NCBI RefSeq assembly: GCF_001194135.2
Contig: NC_068983.1
Coordinates: 166,612,574-166,676,573, forward strand
Reading direction: 5' to 3'
Length of the DNA: 64,000 nucleotides
Source: Octopus bimaculoides
Lineage: Eukaryota
The notes beneath the pieces are model-generated. The model did not search any database. It was not told the origin of the DNA and saw only the letters and a list, made by a program, of their open reading frames with translations. Both the position numbers and the translations under genes were made by a program. Numbering within the stretch: position 1 is the stretch's first letter; every line of letters starts with the position of its first letter. Shown one piece after another: positions 13,259 through 22,914 of the stretch.

Positions 13259-14044
13259 TGAAATCCACCCAACAAGCTTCTACACAGTTTCCATCACCCA
13301 ATTTCACTGACAAGGCTTGGATTAACCCAGGACTCTGTTAAAGCACACTTTACCAAGATGCCATGTAGTAGAATTGAACCCAGGACCTTGTGATTGTAAA
13401 AGCCAGCTTCTTAACTACCCAGCCACACTGTGTCCATTTATGATCACAATTAACCAATATAACAGTTCCTGCTATTTAGCCCCAGGTCAATATCTGATTG
13501 AATAGACTTACAATCAAAACCGTTCCAGCCATGACCAGCCTGTCTTTCTCACAGGCATTGCACATCTAGGATTATTACATCATTTAATTGGGTGTCTATC
13601 TCTCTCTTTTCAAGTTGGCAGGATGGTTTGAGGGAGATTTGGTGTTTATTTTTAGCAGAATCAGTGACTCCCCTCCCACATAAATTAACTATAAATAGCA
13701 GGAAGTATTTAATAAACTTACTAAAATTTTAAATTAATTATTCTATTCAGTGTGTCATTTTAGATTGGTTATTTTCAGTCTCTTAATAATAATGTGAGGG
13801 TGTAAGAACTTTTATGCTTTTGTTCAGCAGACACAAAATGGTTTCATGGTGCCATTTAGACATTACTACTGAGATGGAACTATTTATTTATCACAAGACT
13901 TGTCTTTTTGTAATTTCCATTTTATTTCCTAATGGAATTATATAAATGGCAGTGTTGGAACTGTTGTTTGCTCATTGGGTAACATCTAAATACATTTATG
14001 GAATTGTTATAAACTGGAATTTGTTGGTTTAGTTTTGGAAAGTT

Positions 14045-14330
14045 AGATAAACTTTGATATGTTTTGGCCCAAAATTGGTCCCACGCCATGTCTTAATTTA
14101 ATAGACATGGCCCTTAACAAGTATTCCTTGAAGTGATTTGTCCAGATATTGTTTAATGGAGATAGGGGTCTTTTTCTTTTCTGATTTGTTTTTGGGATAA
14201 TGTTAAATAGAGCAGAGCCTGTTGAGGAAGAGAAATTGTATTGCAGTTTATATTTGTGTTGTGGGGGCTGAATTATGGAGGGGACATATAGCATGGAGTC
14301 CCCAGCCTTAGATGTATTCTGAAATTGATG
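14045..14330 (-). mobile_element. Possible CR1/L2-group LINE ORF2 C-terminal fragment
   Basis: Frameshifted YVPSII...KYKLQYNFSSSTGSALFNIIPK...KQYLDKSL resembles the LINE C-terminal GPxLFNxLP...LDxFL pattern; highly degenerate. Confidence 0.4.
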
Positions 14331-14539
14331 TTAAAGTTGTCTGGGGCAATAATGGTGGTATTTTCTGCAAATGATGTAGCACTCAATCTGGTGTTGGAGA
14401 GAACAAAATTCCAATGAAAATGCAAAACTAATTCTCCAAGTTTGTTAATGGGTCCAGTTTAATTTTCTCGTGCGTTAAGGGACCAGAATTTCAAATAATA
14501 AATTCAGGGTAGTTTTAGTCTGGTACTTTTTTTGTTTTT

Positions 14540-15200
14540 GTTTTCGTTTTTGGATTTGGCTTGCAAGATTCTTTATGTGAGTTCGTGTGTTGAAGCATAT
14601 TCTGTTGTCTGGGGAGAGTCATTGTCTTTTGGTGCCTTATAATTTAACACACTCACTGGTAAAATTTCCACTCATTTACTTATTCTTTTTTTCATTCTTT
14701 TACTCATTTCAGTCATTTGACTGTGGCCATGCTGGAACACTGCCTTTAGTTGAGCAAATCGACCCCAGGACTTATTCTCTGTAAGCCTAGTATTTATTCT
14801 AATCGGTCTCTTTTGCGAACCGCTAAGTTACAGGGATGTAAACACACCAGCATCGGTTGTCAAGCAATACTGGGGGGGATGGGGACAAACAGACACACAC
14901 ACACACACACACACATACACACACACATATATACATACGATGGGCTTCTTTCAGTTTCTGTCTACCAAATCCACTCACAAGGCTTTGGTCGGCTCGAGGC
15001 TATAGTAGAAGACACTTGCCCAAGGTGTCATGCAGTGGGACTGAACCCGGAACCATGTGGTTACCACACAGCTGCTCTTGAAAAAGTTGCAAGATGCAAC
15101 AAAAGTTTTAGAAAAACAAATAAGTAAATGAGTGGAAATTTTACCAGTGAGTGTATTAAATAGGCACTAAAAGAGAAGGACTCTCCCCAGACACAACAAC
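14540..15200. mobile_element. Divergent inverted pair of HHR-family-2 retroelement fragments split by a SINE
   Basis: 14603-14684 (-) and 15119-15194 (+) are ~80-bp inverted copies. The + copy starts with TTGAAAAA-GTTGC-AAGAT-GCAAC at 15078. Same family as 53365-53498. Confidence 0.65.
14690..15075 (-). mobile_element. tRNA-derived SINE family A, near full length
   Basis: Reverse complement of the 1365-1740 and 63689-64000 family. Confidence 0.9.
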
Positions 15201-16279
15201 TTTTTTTCTTTTTTTGTGAAATCCTCACAACCACCAAAGGTATTAACCCTCCCTCCTCAGTAACTCTCCTAGATTTACTTTTTCCATTGGTGCCTCTATG
15301 GACTCCCCTCTACATTCTTTGGATTCCAAATGTTTTACTCTTAACTATTGAATATTATTATCCCAAGTGGAAAGAGAAAATGTTTAATATGATTCTTTAT
15401 TTTAGAATATTTATAGAATGTTTTACAAACGATTAAACCCGAAGAAATTCAAAATAAAGTGTTGCAGAAGGAATATATAGTTAATAATGGCAACTGGAAT
15501 GGTGAGATCTTTCAATCAAATATTCAGTAGAATTTGAGGAAAGTGATAAGCTGTCTGCATTGGTAAGATTATAATTCAGGAAAATATATTCAAAAATAGT
15601 TATTAATAGTAATATGTTTTAATAATAATATTAAGAAGAAATATAAAACAGCTAAAACAAAATTCTCTATTAGCAGAACCCTTCATCACTGTGCCACCAA
15701 GAGCTCTTTCTCACTGTCTTTCTCTCTGCAGGAAACGTTGCTTGGTCTGTTGAGTGTTAAATTTCTGAGTGGAGAAATAAAGTTGGAGAGAGAAGTAGGA
15801 AGGGAGAGAACTCTTCTCTTGACTGTTTTATTGGCCTTAGGAAATAGTAACATTTGATATCTGTTAAAACTGTTTAAATCATTAGGAATTAAAACAAAAA
15901 AAAAAACAAAAAAACATTTCATTTCTAAATCGTCATTTTCTTTATCTTTTTTTCAACTTTCTGCCTAATAGAAGTGAATATTTAGAATTTATTTTTATAA
16001 CAATAATTTATTGAAAATAAATCCCTTCTCCAACTATTTTGTTATTTTTTTTCTTTCTCTTTGACTAATCTCTTTTCTCATCAAGATAATTATCAGTGTT
16101 CTTGACAAAGAATAACTTGTTGAATCTATTTTGAGAATTCAATGAAATATCAAAGAGAACAAACTTCTTTCAAATAAACTAAATTTGGTGCCACTGATTT
16201 GTTTTAGTTTAACAGAAATTTTTGTTGGTGTGTTTGGTAATTATAATTCCATGTTTGTCAACTGAATTTTGAAGGAATA

Positions 16280-16488
16280 TTAATCCTTAGAGTCACCATA
16301 TTTCTCCCAAAAGTTCACTGTTTTTGTTTCAATTCATTTTGAAAATAATGAAGAATTTAGTAAAATATCTTTTGTCATTCTTTCAGTTGATGTGTGGGAC
16401 ATAAAATTAATCTAGAAATTGATGGAGGTTTTCGTTTGTAGCATAGAACCTGGGTGCTTTCAGGCAGGTTGGTATGAAAATGGGTTAA
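16280..16488. mobile_element. piggyBac-type MITE
   Basis: TTAA at both ends with (T/C)CCTT...GGG termini. A homologous copy lies at 55662-55882, and related ends at ~25050, ~42839 and ~52895-53245. Confidence 0.55.
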
Positions 16489-18384
16489 GACCAAGAAAAT
16501 AAAGAATAAAAGACATTTAATGAAATCTAAATTTACTGTTAGCTTCCTTTTTCTTTTTTGCTATGAGAAGTTCTTTTCATTTGTAACAGTTTCTAAAATT
16601 ACTGCCATGGGCAGAGATTTTGTTATGTGCTTCAGAAGTTTGCTTCCCAATCAAACGATTGAAGTTTCAGTCCCACTCTATGGCACCTAAACCCAAGTGT
16701 GCCGTTTCTGTTATGGCATCAAACTAACAAAAGCCTTGGGAGTTGATTTAGATTAACAGAAACTGAAAGAAGGGACAAGGTGGTGAAGCCTGACCTTCGA
16801 ACGTTGGGCCTCACAGAGGCAATGACAAGTGACCAAGACCTTTGGAGATATGCTGTGATTGAGAAGACCCAGCAAGCCAAGTGAGATTGTAGCCGTGGCC
16901 GATGCCAGTACCGCCTGACTTGCACCCATGCCAGTGGTTAGTAAAAAGCACCATTTGAGCATGGCCAATGCCAGTGCCACCTGACTGGCTCCCATGCTGG
17001 TGGCACACTACACTCTCTACACTCTCAGAGTGGTTGGCATTAGGAAGGGCATCCAGCTGTAGAAACCTAGCCAGATCAGATTGGAGCCTGGTGCAGCTTC
17101 CTGGCTTGTCAGTCCTCAGTCAAACCATCCAATCCATGCCAGTATGGGAAGTGGACGTTAAACGATGATGATGATGTGTGTGTTTGTCTCTCCTTGTCTT
17201 GACTTGCATGATTTGAAGCAGTATCATTCTGCAAGGACATGTCTTTCTATGGGAAAATATTACCTTGCTTGGAAACAAGTGAAGATTGATAACAGGAAGG
17301 AACATCTCCTCAAAACCTGCATCAATAAACTCTGCCGACCCATGCAAGCACAGAAGAGTGGATGTTAAATTGGTGATGATATCTGGTTAATTGAGTGGTC
17401 TTATTAGTGAGCACCTAAATAATTGGATTATTATAAAAACTAATTTCACTGTTTATTATCTTTTTGTACATTTTATATAAAAGATTAGAAGTAATCTAAA
17501 TATGCTTGATTCTGATTGTACTAAGCATATAAACCCAACAGATTAAACAAAATTAATACAAGAAAACAAAAAAGTCCCTTTGTTTGGGATTAGTTCATTT
17601 TGGTTCAATATTTGCAGGAAAAGTTTGAGCAGGGTTTTTTTGTTGTTTTTTTTTTCTGTTGCCTGCATTCCATATTTCTCTGGAGATAAGGAATTTGATA
17701 GTCTAACTTGTTAAAATACAACCAGTCATTCTTTAAAGAGAATTGAGAAAAGGTTTTGATTTTGAATCTGTGGAGTTAATGAAAGGAATTAGGGTGTGAT
17801 TACATTTAACGATTTCTTGGAAATATAACAGAAAGAAGCTATAATAGTCCCATTGGTTAACTTGTCATCATCATCCTTTAATGTGCCTGTTCCAGGCTGG
17901 CATGGATTGGATGCTTTGATAGGACTTGCTGGGCCCCAGTGCCCCTCCTATGGCATGGATGTCTTTCCTAACATCAGTCACTTCACAAGTGAGTTTATCA
18001 TGCAACTTGCAAGAGTACAAATTTCAAAAAGGGACTGAAGTATGAAAGAAGGAGGCCAAAGCAGAATAGGGTTCTTGTAGAGGGTCCACATAGCTACTCA
18101 CATTTTAGAAGAGAGGATCTGAGTGATTGAGTGGAGCTGGGAAGAGATGTAAATAATGATGGGGTGTCAGGGTAGAAATAAGAGAGGTAGAAGAACCAGG
18201 AGGGGGTTAGCTGGAAGATAATGTTAAAACAAGAAAGCAAAAATGTATTTTTCTCATCCTCACTGTCATTCTATAAATAAATATCTGTACATGTCTATCT
18301 TGGTACAATGGACTAAAAGCAGGAAACATTGGTCTGACAAAGCCGATTGTCTGTAGGTGCCAACACTAAGGTAAGGGACATTAT

Positions 18385-19090
18385 TGACAATGGACAGACA
18401 GGTATCCTCACCTTGTTTGTTGTCATCACAAAGTTTCAGCTGATTTACTCTCCAGCCTCCATCAGGGGCTCTACCCTTTATTTGACTAATGGGGGTACAC
18501 TGTTCTCATTCTTAAAAGTAATGGTTAAGATAAGACAGAGAACCCCGTTAGGAAATAGTGAAGCCTGGCACAGCCTTCCATCGTGCCAGCCCAGTCAAAC
18601 CGTCCAACCCATACCAGCATGGACAGGACACCGGATGTTAAATGATGATGATGATGATGATGATGCAGCACATATGCTAGGACACAATAACCCCCTAAGC
18701 AGACCTAGTGCAGATATGAATGCAATATGGGAACCAATATTGAGAAAAGATGAAATACCAGGTTTAGAAGCCCCCTAAACTTCACTCTATAAACGCCTAT
18801 GGGCATATAACGTAGTGGACAAGAGCGCAGGCTACTGACCCTTGGATTCTGAGTTCAATCCCAGTCAGGGATTTGGGAAATAATATCAACAGAAAACAGA
18901 AAAAGGAATACGTTAGGAATGAGAACAAAGTACCCCTTTAATGAAATAAAGGGTAGGGGTTTGAAATTCCACCAGAACCCACCTGATGAAGGCTGGAGAG
19001 TAAATCAGCTGAGAGTAACAATAAACACGGTGTGGACACCTATCTGTCCATTGTAAATAATGTACAAAATTCCTTATCTCAAAAATATAG
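18385..19090 (+). mobile_element. 5'-truncated Penelope-like element: inverted pLTR fragment (18385-18520, -), ORF C-terminus, tRNA-like segment, HHR-like core, tail
   Basis: SEA|SINE|AHMLGHNNPLSRPSADMNAIWEPILRK..* (18557-18778). tRNA-like 18801-18874 with A box TAACGTAGTGG and B box GAGTTCAATCC. CTGATGA-A-GGCTG-loop10-CAGCT-GAGA at 18983-19014. A second core lies on - at 18433-18465. Confidence 0.7.
18983..19014 (+). ncRNA. Degenerate type I hammerhead ribozyme core
   Basis: CUGAUGA box and 5-bp stem II present; GAAA mutated to GAGA in this copy. Confidence 0.55.
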
Positions 19091-20530
19091 AATACTGAGA
19101 TTAGGTTAGGTTAGAAGTGTCTAATATCAAGAATTAGATTACGAAAGACAGGAATAAATACAGTGCTTTACTTTTAGTCAAGTACACTATCCAATCTGAC
19201 AGTGTAAAATACCTCCCCCACCACCACAGGTGCTGCCTGACTGGCTCCCATGCCAGTGGAAAGCACCCACTACACTCTCGGAGTGGTTGGCTTTAGGAAG
19301 GGCATCCAGCTGTAGAAACTCTGCCAAATTAGATTGGAGCCTGGTGTAGCCATCTGGTTCACCAGTCCTCAGTCAAACCATCCAACCCATGCCAGCATAG
19401 AAAGCAGACATTAAACGATGAGTAAATTCCACATTTTCAATTTGAAATCAGACTTACCATGGATGGTGAAGAGGTGTTGGTGATATGCCGTGATTTTGTC
19501 CACTGCTTCCAAAATCCGTTAAAGGGAGATCCGTAGTACCGAGCTATGAGTGAGCTTCTATCTACAGGGGTCTCTAAACATGAAACTGGGCCCAAGAGGG
19601 GGAGTGGGCTTACTATGTTAAAGCTTTGGACCTAAATTTCACTGGTCTGTTACGTCATTATTGGACAGTTCTTCAGAATTTGCTCAGCTTCCCCTCCATC
19701 TCCAACAGTGCCCCTGATGGTAACTGGGGATTATTTGCATAATGGTGCAGGCATGGCAGCAGCTGTGTAGTTAAGAAGTTTGCTTCCCCAGGTTCAGTCC
19801 TATTGCATGGCACCTTGAGCAAGTTGCCCCAGGGTGATTAAGGCATTGGTAGATGGAAACTGAAAGAAGCCTGCTGTATATATGTGTGTGTGTGGTGTGT
19901 TTGTCCTTGTTTTGACACCATGTAATAGTAACGAGAGTCACAACTTAAAGAAGTGGGTCTGAGCCGAAATTAAGAGTCAACATTGTTTTTCCTTTGTTAG
20001 TCACTGAATGATTGGGAAATACGTGGAGGAACTGGAAATTGAGATAGGTTTAGAAAGATGTACNNNNNNNNNNTATGCTTTTAAATTATAATCATAGAAA
20101 AATAACTTTGTGATACAAATTGCAGATTTTTGGGGGTTTTTTTAAACCAAAGTTTTGTTTGTTCTTTTTCCTGTGTTTCTCTTAATAATTTTGTTTTGTA
20201 TTCTCTCTATTTTTCTGTACAAGTTCTGATTTCACAATTTCACTAAACGACAATCATTCTGAGATTGCGTTCTGTCATAACTTCTGTGTGTGTGTGCCAT
20301 GATCATCACCATTTTAATGACCACTTTTCCATGCTTGCATGGGTCAGGCAATATTTTCCATGGCTGAATGATGCTCTTCCTGTCACCAACCCTGCACTTG
20401 TTTGCATGCAAAGCAATGTTTCTCTGTGTGTGTGTGTGTGTGTGTGTATCTATATATATATATATATGTGTGTGTGTGTATCTCCCTATCTCTATATGTA
20501 TTTTCCTTTTGTTCTTTTCTAGTAAACAAA

Positions 20531-20651
20531 ATGAGTCTGGGGAATGACAAACAAATGGAAACCACCAAAGAGGAATGGATGGAGAAGTTGAACAATTTAC
20601 ACATCACCAGAGCTGATATGAACAGATTGATTATGAATTATTTGGTCACAG
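20531..20651 (+). CDS. GID8: GID8/TWA1 first coding exon (LisH motif)
   Basis: Translates [40 protein letters not shown]+G, near-identical to the GID8 N-terminus/LisH ([26 protein letters not shown]). Acceptor TTTTCTAG ends at 20522, 8 nt before the ATG, so an upstream UTR exon exists. GT donor at 20652, phase 1. Confidence 0.96.
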
Positions 20652-20745
20652 GTGAAATTATTTACCTTTAATTAATTTCCTTTTTCTTTCTTTCTTTCTT
20701 TCAATTGTAGCAGGTGTAAAACAAGGCTGTTGCTTTTAAAGCTAT

Positions 20746-20800
<55 letters not shown>

Positions 20801-21828
20801 CATGCTGTTATCTTTTACTTGTTTCAGTCATTGAATTGTGGCCATGCTGCAGCACTACCTTGAAGAGTTCAGTCAAACAAATTGAACCAGTACATTTTTT
20901 TAAAGTAGAACACCATTTGTCAAGCAGTGGTGGGGGAGGACACACACACGTCCAACGGGCTTCTCTCAGTTTCCTATTTCTTTATTGCCCACAAGGGGCT
21001 AAACAAAGAGAGGACAAACAAGGACAGACAAACGGATTAAGTCGATTACATCGACCCCAGTGTGTAACTGGTATTTAATTTATCAACCCTGAAAGGATTA
21101 AAGGCAAAGTCGACCTCAGCGGAATTTGAACTCAGAACGTAAAGACAGACGAAATACCTCTAAGCATTTAAACTACAGGAAGGGACTGAGCACTTGAAAT
21201 AATCCTACCTAAGCTACACTGTAATCCATCAGATAAACCCAAGCAATGTTATTGTGTAATGTGGTCGTCAATAAGGTGGAGATGTACCATGTATCTGAAA
21301 CGTTGCGTTTGTAGATGACCCCCCCCCCTACTGTTTAACATGAATGCCTACATGTCATCATATGCTGCTCCAGCGGGGTTGTCCCAGGTTACACCTTTTT
21401 TCTTGCCAGAATATAAAGTGAGAAGCTTTACCCACCTCATTCATCATCATCATCATCATCATCATTGCTCTAATGTCTACATTTTTTGATGTTTGAATTC
21501 ATCGAAGTAGATTTGCTACAGCCAGATGCCCTTCCCCTTATTAACCCTCACCTGTTCCTAAGCACAGGTAACATTTCCCTATTGCCAGACATGATGTTTT
21601 CACTGAAGATTGGAAATGAACACTAACAACTGCATTTTGTCAAGACAAGGGGACACAACACAAGCATATAGTGGGCTTCTTTCAGTTTCCATCTCCCAAA
21701 TCCACATACAAGGCTTTGATTGGTCCTCAGTGTAGCCAAAGACACTTGCTCAAGGTACCACACAGTGGGACTGAAAGCCAAACCACATGGCTGGGAGGAG
21801 GAGGAGGAGGAGGAGGAGGAGTGATGTT

Positions 21829-22048
21829 CTCAATCAAGGCAGCCATGTTGTACCTCAATCAAGGCAGCCATGTTCTGCCTCAATCAAGGCAGCCATGTTG
21901 TGCCTCAATCAAGGCAGCCGTGTTGTGCATCAATCAAGGCAGCCGTGTTGTGCCTCAATCAAGCCAGCCATGTTTAGCCTCAATCAAGGCAGCCATGTTG
22001 TGCCTCAATCAAGGCAGCCATGTTGTGCCTCAATCAAGGCAGCCATGT
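21829..22048. repeat. 25-bp minisatellite CAATCAAGGCAGCCATGTTGTGCCT, ~8.7 units running into a gap
   Basis: Units start at 21831, 21856, 21881 ... 22031; no spacers between units. Confidence 0.95.
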
Positions 22049-22914
22049 NNNNNNNNNNNNNNNNNNNNNNNNNNNNNNNNNNNNNNNNNNNNNNNNNNNN
22101 NNNNNNNNNNNNNNNNNNNNNNNNNNNNNNNNNNNNNNNNNNNNNNNNNNNNNNNNNNNNNNNNNNNNNNNNNNNNNNNNNNNNNNNNNNNNNNNNNNNN
22201 NNNNNNNNNNNNNNNNNNNNNNNNNNNNNNNNNNNNNNNNNNNNNNNNNNNNNNNNNNNNNNNNNNNNNNNNNNNNNNNNNNNNNNNNNNNNNNNNNNNN
22301 NNNNNNNNNNNNNNNNNNNNNNNNNNNNNNNNNNNNNNNNNNNNNNNNNNNNNNNNNNNNNNNNNNNNNNNNNNNNNNNNNNNNNNNNNNNNNNNNNNNN
22401 NNNNNNNNNNNNNNNNNNNNNNNNNNNNNNNNNNNNNNNNNNNNNNNNNNNNNNNNNNNNNNNNNNNNNNNNNNNNNNNNNNNNNNNNNNNNNNNNNNNN
22501 NNNNNNNNNNNNNNNNNNNNNNNNNNNNNNNNNNNNNNNNNNNNNNNNNNNNNNNNNNNNNNNNNNNNNNNNNNNNNNNNNNNNNNNNNNNNNNNNNNNN
22601 NNNNNNNNNNNNNNNNNNNNNNNNNNNNNNNNNNNNNNNNNNNNNNNNNNNNNNNNNNNNNNNNNNNNNNNNNNNNNNNNNNNNNNNNNNNNNNNNNNNN
22701 NNNNNNNNNNNNNNNNNNNNNNNNNNNNNNNNNNNNNNNNNNNNNNNNNNNNNNNNNNNNNNNNNNNNNNNNNNNNNNNNNNNNNNNNNNNNNNNNNNNN
22801 NNNNNNNNNNNNNNNNNNNNNNNNNNNNNNNNNNNNNNNNNNNNNNNNNNNNNNNNNNNNNNNNNNNNNNNNNNNNNNNNNNNNNNNNNNNNNNNNNNNN
22901 NNNNNNNNNNNNNN
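22049..22914. other. Assembly gap (866 N)
   Basis: N run directly after the minisatellite. Confidence 1.

Noticed and set aside
15686-15860. Minus-strand terminal-exon candidate (YQMLLFPKANK...LLVAQ*)
   Set aside because: No recognisable homology and no phase-compatible partner exon found.
18801-18874. Functional tRNA genes (also SINE A/B heads)
   Set aside because: The acceptor stems do not pair, and each sits inside a dispersed repeat; these are tRNA-derived promoters, not tRNA genes.
19100-19114. (TTAGG)n telomere-like repeat
   Set aside because: Under three units and not the TTAGGG type expected in molluscs; likely chance.
21829-22048. CRISPR-like array
   Set aside because: Units are contiguous with no spacers, there are no cas genes and the context is eukaryotic; it is a minisatellite.
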